Shown here: piece by piece, positions 9,924 through 20,175 of the stretch
Layout of the letters: each line of letters starts with the position of its first letter
How positions within the stretch are numbered: the stretch's first letter is position 1
Virus record (IMG/VR): IMGVR_UViG_3300044991_001407
Location: 31,038 to 95,037 of that record
Reading direction: 5' to 3' (one strand)
Source: a virus
Length of the DNA: 64,000 nt
Notes under the pieces: generated by a model
Told to the model about the DNA's origin: nothing
The model's database searches: none
What the model saw: only the letters and a program-made list of their open reading frames with translations
Position numbers and translations under genes: made by a program

Positions 9924-10777
9924 TAGAAAGTTATACTCCCTGTTCCTGTGAATGTGTAGACATGAAATCCACTTCTTGATACTGCGCTATAAGTTGGGGA
10001 ACCAGTTGTTGCTAATGCAACTGGGAATGTACTTGGGTAAGCGATAATTACAACTCCAGAACCACCATTACCGCCAGTTCCGTTATAGAAGCTATACGAG
10101 CCTCCACCTCCACCACCACCAGTATTAGTTCCACCATTACCTCCGCCAAATGGTCCACCAACAACTCCGCCAGCACCGCCTCCACCGCCTCCACCTGCAC
10201 CACCAGCGCCGTAAGAGCCAGTTCCAGAACCTCCACCGCCTCCTCCACGCTGTACAGATGTTCCTGTTATGGAAGAAGCACGACCTGCACCACCATTTCC
10301 GCTAGAGCCAGCAGCATTAGTTCCACCGCCTCCACCACCACGACCGCCAAGGTTTGGGTCTCCACCAGCGGATCCTCCGTAACCCTCAACTGGAGTATAA
10401 CCACCAGAGTTTCCTGCACCACCAGCGGTGTTTACACCACCACCTCCACCGCAACCACCAGAGCCATTAACTATTGCACCACCGCTTGCGGCAAATGTGT
10501 TAAACGATGATGCTTGACCTACTGTTCCACCAGCGTTTGTTTGACCACTACCACCATTACCAACAGTTACGGTATATTGAACACCAGGTGTTACTGCCAA
10601 TGCAGCATTTTCACGCTGTCCACCTGCACCACCTGAGCCAGCAAGAAATGGTGATCCATGACCAGCACCACCACCTGCTTGAACAAGCACTTGAATAGTA
10701 GGTGTTACAGATCTTGACAGAACACGCTGACCGAAATTTTTAACACTTCCACCACCAAATTTAGAATAAAATGGCAT
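9923..10777 (-). CDS. glycine-rich domain fibre protein
   Basis: 'VLVQAGGG...YTVTVG.GG...GGSGVVIIAY...VYTFTGTGSITF'. Confidence 0.8.
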   Translation of the reverse strand: MPFYSKFGGGSVKNFGQRVLSRSVTPTIQVLVQAGGGAGHGSPFLAGSGGAGGQRENAALAVTPGVQYTVTVGNGGSGQTNAGGTVGQASSFNTFAASGGAIVNGSGGCGGGGGVNTAGGAGNSGGYTPVEGYGGSAGGDPNLGGRGGGGGGTNAAGSSGNGGAGRASSITGTSVQRGGGGGGSGTGSYGAGGAGGGGGGGAGGVVGGPFGGGNGGTNTGGGGGGGSYSFYNGTGGNGGSGVVIIAYPSTFPVALATTGSPTYSAVSRSGFHVYTFTGTGSITF

Positions 10778-10785
10778 ATTAACTC

Positions 10786-11736
10786 CTAAGCGAATTTAGT
10801 TTGACTAGCAAGTACGGTGTATGTATTCGCTGCTGTTTTAAGAATACTTAATGCATAGCTATCAATTGAAGATGCATTTCCACCTGTCGGTGCTGTTCCG
10901 CCCTGCCATTTTGGAGTAATTGTTGTCCCATCTACTTGAACAACATTGGCAAAATATGCCGTAGTGCCTTGCTGAGCCATAAACACGACTGTAGCAACAT
11001 CACCGACAGCAATGCTGCTATTCATTGTTACCGTTGAATTACCACGCACATTTAATGTCCAGTTTGCAGATGCGTTTGTTGTATAAAAAACAGAAGGGTT
11101 TGATAAATAATTAATTGTAACCGTTCCAGTCGCAGCTGTTGCAGAAACAAGCATTGGTTCACTAACACTAGTTACAGAAAGTTTTGTTGAAACATTTGCA
11201 TTTGCAGATGTAATACTTGTAAGACCATCAATCGTAGTGTTGCTTGAACCCAACGAGATTGCTGTTGAACCAATTGTTACTGATGCGTTAGCAAGTTTGC
11301 TATTTGTAATAGTAGTGTTTGCAATATCTGCATCAACGATTACCCCAGAGCTAATTGCTGTTACTCCGCTATCAGAGATAACAACATCACCCGTTTCTGC
11401 AACTGAAGTTGGTACGCCTGATGAGTTGTACACAATAATATTTCCAGCCGTACTAGTTGCTAATTTTGATAGCGCAATAGCAGCAGATGAACTGATATCT
11501 GAGTTTACAACAGAGTTGCTTAATGAAAGCTTTCCATATGTAATCGCTGCTGAAGCATTCACATCGGCATTAACAATTGTTCCATCAACAATTGATGCAC
11601 TCGTAACAGAGTTAGATGGAATAACATTTTGTGTTAATGTAATCAAATTCCAGCTTGTACCGTTATACAACCAGGTTTTTCCACCTGATGTAAAGGTGTC
11701 GTTGTTTGCGGGGGAGTCTGGAAAGTTAATTGCCAT
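10786..11736 (-). CDS. fibre protein (MAINFP-type N-terminus)
   Basis: Fibre repeats 'IVNADV/ITNSKLAN'; C-terminal 'KWQGGTAPT...IDSY' domain; leaderless promoter. Confidence 0.75.
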   Translation of the reverse strand: MAINFPDSPANNDTFTSGGKTWLYNGTSWNLITLTQNVIPSNSVTSASIVDGTIVNADVNASAAITYGKLSLSNSVVNSDISSSAAIALSKLATSTAGNIIVYNSSGVPTSVAETGDVVISDSGVTAISSGVIVDADIANTTITNSKLANASVTIGSTAISLGSSNTTIDGLTSITSANANVSTKLSVTSVSEPMLVSATAATGTVTINYLSNPSVFYTTNASANWTLNVRGNSTVTMNSSIAVGDVATVVFMAQQGTTAYFANVVQVDGTTITPKWQGGTAPTGGNASSIDSYALSILKTAANTYTVLASQTKFA

Positions 11737-11803
11737 GTTTTCTATTATATCCTAAATAGATATATTAAACAATACATAGAATTACCCCTCAAGCCAAAAA
11801 GAA

Positions 11804-12511
11804 CTATTTATATTCTTTTTTATGCCAGAAGTTGTCCCGATAACCGCCATAGAATTTCCTTTGAACAGCATGTTTTTGTTTTGTTACTTCTTCTTCATCA
11901 TACAAAGACACTTCCGTATCCCATGATTCCCTTTTGATTGGAATTATCTGAAACATGGGGGTTCCAGCTGGAATCACTCCTTCAAAATCACTGTGGATTA
12001 AAAATGGAAGATTATTTGGGAACGGGTACATTCCGTAGCTATCAAGATCCACTATTCCAGTCGTTGTTTCAAATGGGAGATCGTTTCTATTTAATGGATG
12101 TGTTATTAATGCAGAGTACCCTTTAGGTAGTTTTGGGGACCAAGGCATTCTCCATGTAAATTCTTGATTTACAAATCCACTTGGTATTTCCATCACACTG
12201 TCTGGATGATTGGTCCTCATTGCCATAATTTCTGGCTCACACGAGTAGTGCCATTCAAGCTCTCCATTTTCAGTAGATATATATATGTCTGTCCAAGTTT
12301 CTTGTATATAACCCGTCATGAATGTGTCGCTAAATGGCATACATAATTTCACAGTTTTATTAGACATCTCACCATTATTAAATTTTTTTTTCCCGTCAAG
12401 AAAAAGAGGCATTTTTTTATAGCGTTCTGGAATATAGTCACGAGCTGGTTTTGGATAAGGTACTCTTATTCCAATTTCTTTTGTCATTGGGGTAAATTTT
12501 ATTGTTGGCAT
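11804..12511 (-). CDS. conserved phage protein, possible modifying enzyme
   Basis: 'TVKLCMPF.D...GY', 'PKGYSALITHPLNR', 'IPAGTPMFQIIP' family pattern; SD AAGGAG before ATG 12511. Confidence 0.55.
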   Translation of the reverse strand: MPTIKFTPMTKEIGIRVPYPKPARDYIPERYKKMPLFLDGKKKFNNGEMSNKTVKLCMPFSDTFMTGYIQETWTDIYISTENGELEWHYSCEPEIMAMRTNHPDSVMEIPSGFVNQEFTWRMPWSPKLPKGYSALITHPLNRNDLPFETTTGIVDLDSYGMYPFPNNLPFLIHSDFEGVIPAGTPMFQIIPIKRESWDTEVSLYDEEEVTKQKHAVQRKFYGGYRDNFWHKKEYK

Positions 12512-12523
12512 ACAGCGCACTCC

Positions 12524-12862
12524 TTAGTTGGTTATTTGCTCCCAACTAAGTATATCTTCATTCCAGTCAAAAAACCCTTCAGGTTTTGGTACAGGTGGTT
12601 GCCAATCATGGTTGCTATCTAAAGTCCAGGATGGGAATGGCTGTGGTTGTATAAAAACATCCGCTATAGGATCATATGTGTAGCCAATGCCAGCAAATTG
12701 TTTTCGGATATTGTGATTATAGCTTGTTCTTACACAAGTTTGATTACGGAAATTACTATACCATTCTTCTGGGGTTACCCCATCAAGTATTTCGTGCTCA
12801 TCCTTGCCAGTAATTACTTCCGTTACAATGTTATTATCGTCAAGAAATGCATAGTGTGCCAT
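12524..12862 (-). CDS. small protein accompanying a Gly-rich fibre (MAHY family)
   Basis: Paralog of 9576..9923; TAATG coupling. Confidence 0.75.
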   Translation of the reverse strand: MAHYAFLDDNNIVTEVITGKDEHEILDGVTPEEWYSNFRNQTCVRTSYNHNIRKQFAGIGYTYDPIADVFIQPQPFPSWTLDSNHDWQPPVPKPEGFFDWNEDILSWEQITN

Positions 12863-13782
12863 TACCAACTCACCGTTCCCGTACCAAGTGTAAACTCATA
12901 CACCTTGTTTGCCCCAACTATTGTCTTGGTATAAGTAAGACCAGCGCTAATTGTCGTTATATCTGCGTATTGCGTACCGTATCTAATATATACAACGCCA
13001 GATCCACCAAGACCACCCTGATGTCCACCACCACCACGGTTAGCAGTGCTTCCAGAGCCAGCGCCAGCTCCACCACTTGATGGTACATAACCTCCGTCAA
13101 CATAAATGGCTTTACCACCTCCACCACCTGCACGAGTTATAGATGTTCCTGTTACACTGGATGCAATTCCGCTTCCTCCATTTGGAGTTGAACCTGATGC
13201 ACCACTTCCTCCACCACCTGCAGCACCACCACCGCCTCCACCATTAGCCCATTGGTAAGCCGCTACACCTCCAACTCCACCACTATTTCCCTGTCCAGTT
13301 GTTCCAGAACCACCACTATACCCACCAACAAAACCAGACGAACCACCACCAGCGCCAGAACCACCAGACTGCCCAGCTGCTGCCTCACCGTTTGTTCCAC
13401 CACCACCATTTGATGTAATACTCCCAAAAACAGAATTAACACCATTTGTGTTGTACGCACCAGCAGCACCAACTGTAACTGTGTACGATGTTCCAGAAGT
13501 AATGCTTAGCGGAGTTAGAGCACTCCCGTTTTGACCTGTTAATTCGCCAGAAATTGAAGAGCGATAACCACCTCCGCCACCTCCGCCTGAAATATTCCAG
13601 TATCCAGCGTTTGTTCCGCTACCGCCGCCTGCAACAACAAGGAATTCAACAGAGGGAGGAGGTATTGAGCCCCAATTACTTGCCCCTCTTTCTATCTGAA
13701 CAGTGCGGTTATCCCATATACCAGAAGCGGAGCTAGGACTTACTGCTTGTTTAGCACCAAGAATACTTCCGTTGGGTCGCAC
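12862..13782 (-). CDS. glycine-rich domain fibre protein
   Basis: 'VEFLVVAGGG...GGSGVVYIRY...VYEFTLGTGTVSW'. Confidence 0.8.
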   Translation of the reverse strand: MRPNGSILGAKQAVSPSSASGIWDNRTVQIERGASNWGSIPPPSVEFLVVAGGGSGTNAGYWNISGGGGGGGYRSSISGELTGQNGSALTPLSITSGTSYTVTVGAAGAYNTNGVNSVFGSITSNGGGGTNGEAAAGQSGGSGAGGGSSGFVGGYSGGSGTTGQGNSGGVGGVAAYQWANGGGGGGAAGGGGSGASGSTPNGGSGIASSVTGTSITRAGGGGGKAIYVDGGYVPSSGGAGAGSGSTANRGGGGHQGGLGGSGVVYIRYGTQYADITTISAGLTYTKTIVGANKVYEFTLGTGTVSW

Positions 13783-14135
13783 TAACTAATTTCCTCATAA
13801 CTGCACACAGCCTCAAGATCGGAGTTCGCTGATGCTGTTAAACGCAAAGTATCACCTTCTTCTAAATAAATTGATTTACTAATAACATCAAGAGTAGCAT
13901 CTGATGGGACAGCTACGGTCTTAGCGATATGATAGGCGGTAGATGATCTAAATATGTCAACATTGATATCAGCAGCACTTGTACCGTCAATATTGGATAT
14001 ATAAAGAGCGTTAACCTTAAGTACCTTTCCGCTTCCTCCGCTATTTGTAACGATTGCTGTTGCAGATGTTGTAACCGCAAGCACCGCTGTCTTTCCTGTA
14101 ATTGTTGTTACACCTACAATATTTGGTGCTGCCAT
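13782..14135 (-). CDS. small beta-sandwich virion/adapter protein
   Basis: 'MAAPNIVGVTTITGKT...SIYLEEGD...SYEEIS'; similar to 18167 and 19842. Confidence 0.65.
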   Translation of the reverse strand: MAAPNIVGVTTITGKTAVLAVTTSATAIVTNSGGSGKVLKVNALYISNIDGTSAADINVDIFRSSTAYHIAKTVAVPSDATLDVISKSIYLEEGDTLRLTASANSDLEAVCSYEEIS

Positions 14136-14138
14136 AAT

Positions 14139-14603
14139 CTATCCTCCAAAAACAATTGACATTGCAATTGCCTTACCTGTTGATGCAGGTGTAAAACCTA
14201 AGTTTGTTACAGCAACATTGGCTGCCAATTGTGTATTCGTAATCGTTGCATTTGCGATCTGTGTAGCTGTGATTGTCGCATTTGCAATGTGCGCACTTGT
14301 GATAGTTGTATTTGCAATATGCGCACTTGTAATAGTTGCGTTTGCAATTTTTGCGGATGTAACCGCAGCATTTGCGATCTGTGTATCTGTAATGGTAGTG
14401 TTTGCAATTTGTGTAGCGGTGATTGTAGCGTTTGCAATTTTTGCGGATGTAATTGTTGTATTTGCAATCAAATCATTGGTGATTGAACCATTTGACATCG
14501 CTTGCACAAAAGCTTGCCAGGTATCACCTGTCCATGTCCAGCTTCTTCCGCCAGATGTAAAGATATCATTTGTTGATGGGGAATCTGGGAAGTTAATTGC
14601 CAT
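14139..14603 (-). CDS. fibre protein, MAINFP N-terminus with 10-aa repeats
   Basis: About nine (I/V)TxxxIANxT repeats; ends in KAIAMSIVFGG. Confidence 0.75.
   Translation of the reverse strand: MAINFPDSPSTNDIFTSGGRSWTWTGDTWQAFVQAMSNGSITNDLIANTTITSAKIANATITATQIANTTITDTQIANAAVTSAKIANATITSAHIANTTITSAHIANATITATQIANATITNTQLAANVAVTNLGFTPASTGKAIAMSIVFGG
14236..14490. repeat. 30-bp coding tandem repeat (about 9 units)
   Basis: 'tttgcaat/tttgcgat' recurs every 30 nt (14251, 14281, 14311, 14341, 14371, 14401, 14431, 14461). Confidence 0.85.
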
Positions 14604-14803
14604 TAAATACCTCCTAACAATAGTTGTGCTTCTTCTTCTGTAATACCCAATTTTTCTAACAAAGCCTGTCTTGCGATTGTTTTAGCAGCGAGAGCAGCGG
14701 CTTGCGCTTCGGCTTCGGCTTTGTCGGCTTCAATTTGTGCAGGGTCGTATTCTTCAATGAAAACTGGGCAGGCACTTCCGTTTGGTGTTATTTCATTTGT
14801 CAT
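14603..14803 (-). CDS. small fibre-associated protein
   Basis: 'ALLEKLGITEEEAQLLL' C-terminus, common after phage fibre genes. Confidence 0.6.
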   Translation of the reverse strand: MTNEITPNGSACPVFIEEYDPAQIEADKAEAEAQAAALAAKTIARQALLEKLGITEEEAQLLLGGI

Positions 14804-15489
14804 TTGGTGTACCCATAAATGCTTACTGTTCCTGTTTGTGCTTGGTCGTTTAAAAGTGTTATTCCGTCAAAACTTGTGCTGTCAATTTGTGCGTGACCGT
14901 AACTAATTATTCCGTAATTCGCTCCAGCGTTTTGTTCACGACCAATACCAATAAATCCTGTACTCGTTGCGATAAATGGTGAAATAATATCTGCCACGAC
15001 ATTACGGGTTGTCGTGCTAGAAATTGATAAACCAAAACTTGTTGTTGTTGTTGATCCACCTCCAGGAGTACCTGTGTTTGTGTATAAGCTGACAAAAGTA
15101 TAGTTTGTTGCGGTGTCCGTAGTTGCAATACGAAGTCTTGCTGAAACTGAAGCCGCACTTGCATAAGTTGCCCTATACACAATTCGGTAATTATCGTATG
15201 CAGAACTAAAAACACCGTTCAGACTTAGTGAAGTTGTAGCGGAAGTAAAAGTTACCTGCCCGTTAGTTCCAACTGTTGCAGTACCACCACCAACCGAAAC
15301 TGATGTAGGTATAATTGGAACAAGACCACCGTTCTGTGTGATCCAAGCAGATCCATTATAGGCTACCAAACGAGCTGTGTCAGTCTCATAAATAAGTTGA
15401 CCAACAAACGGAGAAGAAGGGCGAGTAGAACTCGTTACCACTCCTGGCTTAATTACCGATGAAGCTCCGATAACCGAAGAGAATGCCAT
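14800..15489 (-). CDS. fibre protein
   Basis: 'TSSTRPSSPFVGQLIYETDT', 'LNGVFSSAYDNYRI', 'GTVSIYGY'. Confidence 0.7.
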   Translation of the reverse strand: MAFSSVIGASSVIKPGVVTSSTRPSSPFVGQLIYETDTARLVAYNGSAWITQNGGLVPIIPTSVSVGGGTATVGTNGQVTFTSATTSLSLNGVFSSAYDNYRIVYRATYASAASVSARLRIATTDTATNYTFVSLYTNTGTPGGGSTTTTSFGLSISSTTTRNVVADIISPFIATSTGFIGIGREQNAGANYGIISYGHAQIDSTSFDGITLLNDQAQTGTVSIYGYTK

Positions 15490-15725
15490 TATTCACCTTC
15501 TGGCATTACTGTTGGCTCTGGTGTAGGAGGAGCAGTAAAGTCCTGTGTTTCTGAGTCATAGGTGAATCCCTGACCCGCATATGTTTTACCTTCTGTATCA
15601 AAAAAGGTTTCAACCCAACGACCAGGATATCTGTCGGGGTTTGATTCTAAAAAATCACGCATAACAACAGCTACATGTGTAACCACATTGTTATCGTCTA
15701 ATTGTGCAAAATATTGTGCGCTCAT
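15489..15725 (-). CDS. small protein accompanying a Gly-rich fibre
   Basis: 'YFAQLDDNNVV...YAGQGFTYD'; shorter paralog of the MAHF family. Confidence 0.7.
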   Translation of the reverse strand: MSAQYFAQLDDNNVVTHVAVVMRDFLESNPDRYPGRWVETFFDTEGKTYAGQGFTYDSETQDFTAPPTPEPTVMPEGE

Positions 15726-15744
15726 ATATCTCCTATTCTACCAC

Positions 15745-17346
15745 TTATGCTGTTCTAAATCTAACATAGACAATACCAGATCCGCCAGCACCCGCTGCTG
15801 CACCAGAACCACCACCACCACCACCGTTTCCAGTGTTAGCAGCACCAGCCGAGCCAGCAGTTGACGCTGTACCGCCATTACCGCCAACACCAATAGTGGA
15901 ACTACTACCACCAATGAATAGCGACCTATCGTAACCTGCACCACCCGTGGCACCAACAGCGTTAGCCGTAACGCCAGCACCAGCACCTCCATCACCACTA
16001 CTCACGCCAGCAGAGCCATTGAAACCAAATCCTGTTACACCTGTTCCGCCTGGTTGAGATCCCCATAGACCACCACCACCACCACCACCATTTACACCTG
16101 GTGCGCCAAGACCGCTGGTTGCGGCTATATCCCCACCTCTAGTACCGCCTGTAGCATAAACCAACGGAACAATTCCCCCAACAGAACCACCTGTATTCAC
16201 AGCTCCACCTGCCCCGACATCAACATTGTAAGTAGCAGCACTAGCAAACACAGTTGTAAGAATTCTTCCACCAGCAGAACCACCGCCACCACGATAACCT
16301 CCGCCAGCACCATCAGCGCCACCGCCTCCGCCACCGACAATTAACACATCAAACAAACCTGGGGTTGTAACCGTTAATGTTCCATCCGATGTAAATGTAA
16401 GAAGGTTATAAGTTACACCATCAACCGTAATTGATGTTGGAGAACTTGCTCCTGTTGCAACTCCATAACCTTGGGTTGTTGCTAATGCATCACCTTCAAT
16501 TCTTCTACGGATATAAACGATTCCTGAACCGCCCGCACCGCCCGCATATGTGTATGTGCCACCACCACCACCTGAGCCAGTGCTTGCTAAGCCGCTACCA
16601 CCAACAGCGGTATCATTAGAACCAGCACCACCTACTCCAGAGCCACCTGCGCCAGCAGTACCGCCAGACTCACCACGACCTCCGCCTCCACCGCCAGCAA
16701 GGAATTGTGCAGAGCCGAGGAACCCGCTTGCATCATAACCAGTTCCGCCTGCACCAGATGCGGTGCCGCTTGCGTTAGAGCCAACGCTCCCCCATCCACC
16801 ACCACCACCTGATGGGTAAACACCTGTGCCCAAGCCATTCCCGCCAGTTTTTCCTTGCGTCAAAGCAAGCGCAGCACCGCCAGTTGTTACGGCGTTAGTT
16901 CCGTTTCCACCACCTCCAGAACCGCCTGGTGCACCATTGTTGGGTCCATTACTGTCGGTTCCACCACCACCACCACCAATGGCGACAATATTGTTAAAGC
17001 GTGAAGGTAAACCATCTCCACCCCGATTTCCTGCTCCAGTCGTTGTTGCTGCCGCACCACCTGCGCCAATAACTACAGAATATGTTCCAGGTGAAAGATA
17101 TTTTTGAACAGGGGCAACAAGCCCGCCTGCTCCGCCTCCACCACCACGACCTCTTCCTCCACCAGCACCACCGCCGACAACCAAAACATCAAACCAACCA
17201 CCTGTAGAAACAACAAAGTTTCCATCGGAAGTAAAGGTATGTAACTTATATGAAACACCTGATACGGTAATGTCTGTAGCTGTACCACCCGACCCAATTC
17301 CATATTGTGTTGCTATTCTTTTTTGACGGGCACTTGAAACACTCAT
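15745..17346 (-). CDS. fibre protein with two tandem glycine-rich domains
   Basis: Two 'TFTSDG...FDVL.VGGG...GGSGIVY.R' units. Confidence 0.8.
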   Translation of the reverse strand: MSVSSARQKRIATQYGIGSGGTATDITVSGVSYKLHTFTSDGNFVVSTGGWFDVLVVGGGAGGGRGRGGGGGAGGLVAPVQKYLSPGTYSVVIGAGGAAATTTGAGNRGGDGLPSRFNNIVAIGGGGGGTDSNGPNNGAPGGSGGGGNGTNAVTTGGAALALTQGKTGGNGLGTGVYPSGGGGGWGSVGSNASGTASGAGGTGYDASGFLGSAQFLAGGGGGGRGESGGTAGAGGSGVGGAGSNDTAVGGSGLASTGSGGGGGTYTYAGGAGGSGIVYIRRRIEGDALATTQGYGVATGASSPTSITVDGVTYNLLTFTSDGTLTVTTPGLFDVLIVGGGGGGADGAGGGYRGGGGSAGGRILTTVFASAATYNVDVGAGGAVNTGGSVGGIVPLVYATGGTRGGDIAATSGLGAPGVNGGGGGGGLWGSQPGGTGVTGFGFNGSAGVSSGDGGAGAGVTANAVGATGGAGYDRSLFIGGSSSTIGVGGNGGTASTAGSAGAANTGNGGGGGGSGAAAGAGGSGIVYVRFRTA

Positions 17347-18164
17347 ACTTTAAACCTAACATAAATAATACCACTACCGCCTGAGCCTGACGATGAACCG
17401 CCTCCACCACCACCTGAACCTGTGTTTGCGGCAGCCGAACCACCAGCACCACCGCCTGTAGCACCAGCACCGCCGATACCGCTACCACCTGCACCACCCG
17501 TAGTGCTAGAACCACCACCGCCTGCTGCCTTAAACAAACTACTGCCACCTATAAAAGTATTTACTTCTACACCAGCACCGCCAGCACCGCCATTTCCAGC
17601 ACTACCTGTGCCACCAACTGCGCCTGCACCGCCTCCTCCACCGCCTGGAAATGGACTAGTAAAACCAGGACCACCGTTATTACCACCAAAACCCATAGCA
17701 AAACCAATATTTGATGCGTAACTACCGCCACCGCTTCCACCCGAACCACCCCTGGACAAACTGTAAGCCAAATTACCGTTTCCACCACCTGCAGCGGTCA
17801 CACCATTAGTCGCTGTTCCGATTTGTGAACTGAAACCAGCAAGCCCTCCAGCACCACCAGCGCCAACATCAACAGCTAAAGAACCAGCCTGAAAATAAGC
17901 AGTGCTAATAACATATTGACCAGCACCACCACCACCGCCCTGTCCACCATCATAATTAACACCACCACCGCCTCCACCACCGACTAACAAAATATCAAAC
18001 AAACCTGCTGTTGTAACAGTCAAAGTGCTGTCGCTCGTAAATGTCAAATAGTTGTATGCAACACCATTAACAGTTGTTGAAACAGGAGAGCCTATTCCAC
18101 CTGATGCAGTTCCATAGCCAACCTTACCAAGATTGGAATAACCATAGGCTGTTGACAAGCCCAT
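17343..18164 (-). CDS. glycine-rich domain fibre protein
   Basis: Single unit paralogous to the domains in 15745..17346. Confidence 0.8.
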   Translation of the reverse strand: MGLSTAYGYSNLGKVGYGTASGGIGSPVSTTVNGVAYNYLTFTSDSTLTVTTAGLFDILLVGGGGGGGVNYDGGQGGGGGAGQYVISTAYFQAGSLAVDVGAGGAGGLAGFSSQIGTATNGVTAAGGGNGNLAYSLSRGGSGGSGGGSYASNIGFAMGFGGNNGGPGFTSPFPGGGGGGAGAVGGTGSAGNGGAGGAGVEVNTFIGGSSLFKAAGGGGSSTTGGAGGSGIGGAGATGGGAGGSAAANTGSGGGGGGSSSGSGGSGIIYVRFKV

Positions 18165-18166
18165 AA

Positions 18167-18502
18167 TTAATTCGTCTTTTCCCAGCCAACCACCGTGACA
18201 TTAACCTTGGCGGCAGTGTCTGATAAACCCTGGAGGGTTTCTGTGGTTAGGAGAACAAGAGCTGTATCCCAAACCATAACATCGTTTGCACCAATTGGTA
18301 TAGCCGATAAAATTCTGTTAGAAGCTACAGCAGCATTACCGATAGCCAAAGTGACAGTGCGATCAGCAGTATCAGTGTTTGTGATAATAATTTGCTTAAT
18401 CACCTCCGTGATGCCTGTACCAGCAGTACAAATTGTTGTTGTTGAAGTTCCCAATTGAACTGGTCCACCCAGCCTAGATTCTACTCTATCTCCTGATGCC
18501 AT
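18167..18502 (-). CDS. small beta-sandwich virion/adapter protein
   Basis: 'VIKQIIITNTD...VTVVGWE'; similar to 13782 and 19842. Confidence 0.65.
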   Translation of the reverse strand: MASGDRVESRLGGPVQLGTSTTTICTAGTGITEVIKQIIITNTDTADRTVTLAIGNAAVASNRILSAIPIGANDVMVWDTALVLLTTETLQGLSDTAAKVNVTVVGWEKTN

Positions 18503-18505
18503 ACT

Positions 18506-19849
18506 TTACGCTCCTATATCCATAATAATCAAAGCCGCATTTTTTGCGTCTGTCATAACATCTGAACTGACTGTTGCATTAATCCATGCGCTACCATTCC
18601 ATTGTAGCACTTGACCCGAACTTGCGCTAGTGATTGTTACATCACCAACATCATCAAGGGCGTTGATAGTTGGGATTGTTGCATTTACCCAAGCTGAACC
18701 ATCCCACTTCAAAAATTGTCCTGTAGAAATAGTTGTGATAGTTACATCGCCAATGTCGTCAAGGGCGTTAATAGTTGGGATTGAAGCCCATTCAAGACCC
18801 GTTGTTGCAGATGAATTTGCTTTTAGAAAATAACCATTAGTTCCAACTGCCAATCTATTTAGAGTATTATCAGCTGTTCCTACGAGCAAATCACCTTTTG
18901 CATTAATAATTGACAAAAGGCTATTTATTGCTAATGCACCAACTTCAACCCAAACTGAGTCGTAGTAAACATAGGTACCGCCATCTGATGAGTCATACCA
19001 GAATTGACCAGGAATTGGGTTAGAAGGAGCAGTATCTCCTACATAGGCAGCTGTACCGCTTGCTCCAATTTCAATCCAATGAGAATCATAATAAACATAA
19101 GTAGCGGCAGTATCTGACTCAAACCAAACTTGACCAGCAACTGGGCTTGTTGGAGCAGTGTCAGAGATTGTTGCACCACCAGCCCCTAGGTCTGTGTAGT
19201 TTGTTCCATCATTTGTGAACTGCCATTTATCTGTGGATTCATCCCAGCGAATAAAGACATTCGTAGAAGTGCCTCGTTCAATCTCAATACCCGAATTTAA
19301 TGTCGGAGAACTAGTCTCGCCAGAATTAAGAAGGATAAAACTATCTTCAACATTAAGATTAGCGGTATTTATAGTTGTTGTATTTCCACTAACAGTTAGA
19401 TCACCAGTAACGATAAGATTATTAGGTATAGTAACATTGGCTGGCAAGCTTATCGTAACAGCTGCGCTTTCAGAACCCGAACCAGATACGGTTATTTCAT
19501 TTGCAGTTCCAGCAATCGTAGCAACATAGTTGCCTGTTGTGTCTGATCCTAGAGCGATAGAGCCAGATATAGCAAGCGTACCGCTTGCATCGGGGAGGCT
19601 TACAGTTCTATCAGCGGTTGGGTTTACAACCGTTAAAATTGTTTCAAAATCATCAGCTGTGCTACCTTCAAAATAAATTACATGGGGTTCTGGAAGATAG
19701 ATGCCATGAATAACTGGAGTTTGACCAGTTGCAGTAATGGTTGGTCCATTAATAATCGGGGTCGTAAGTGTTTTATTAGAAAGCGTTTGAGTGCTATCTA
19801 AATCAACAGAGAGTGCATCGTTAATTAAATCTTTATTAAGATTAGGCAT
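18506..19849 (-). CDS. multi-module fibre protein
   Basis: Two 'DTAP..P..GQ.W' modules, two 'INALDD.GDVTIT...GQ.L.W.GSAW' repeats, one segment shared with 2124; start moved to MPNL. Confidence 0.75.
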   Translation of the reverse strand: MPNLNKDLINDALSVDLDSTQTLSNKTLTTPIINGPTITATGQTPVIHGIYLPEPHVIYFEGSTADDFETILTVVNPTADRTVSLPDASGTLAISGSIALGSDTTGNYVATIAGTANEITVSGSGSESAAVTISLPANVTIPNNLIVTGDLTVSGNTTTINTANLNVEDSFILLNSGETSSPTLNSGIEIERGTSTNVFIRWDESTDKWQFTNDGTNYTDLGAGGATISDTAPTSPVAGQVWFESDTAATYVYYDSHWIEIGASGTAAYVGDTAPSNPIPGQFWYDSSDGGTYVYYDSVWVEVGALAINSLLSIINAKGDLLVGTADNTLNRLAVGTNGYFLKANSSATTGLEWASIPTINALDDIGDVTITTISTGQFLKWDGSAWVNATIPTINALDDVGDVTITSASSGQVLQWNGSAWINATVSSDVMTDAKNAALIIMDIGA

Positions 19850-20174
19850 ATTCCACACCGCTAATTGTAAATGTCACAGCGTTAGCTGTTACTTGATCAA
19901 CATAGATTTTACTATTAGCAGGTACGACTATGGATGTATTGTAGTACACAACATTGTTTGCCAAAACATTCACATTACTTATAATTTTATTATTCGCCGC
20001 CGCCGTTGCTGCTCCAACAAGAATATGAATGCTGCATACAGCATTAGATGCAGTTGCATTGCAAAGATTGATGTTTTTGATAATTGAATAATTACCAGCA
20101 ACATTAGCTGTTGTATAGGCATCAGTAGTAGAACCACTGCCAATATAAAAACTTTTTGGCGTTAAATTAGCCAT
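19842..20174 (-). CDS. small beta-sandwich virion/adapter protein
   Basis: 'IIKNINLCN...TFTISGVE'; family of 13782/18167. Confidence 0.65.
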   Translation of the reverse strand: MANLTPKSFYIGSGSTTDAYTTANVAGNYSIIKNINLCNATASNAVCSIHILVGAATAAANNKIISNVNVLANNVVYYNTSIVVPANSKIYVDQVTANAVTFTISGVEYA

Positions 20175-20175
20175 A

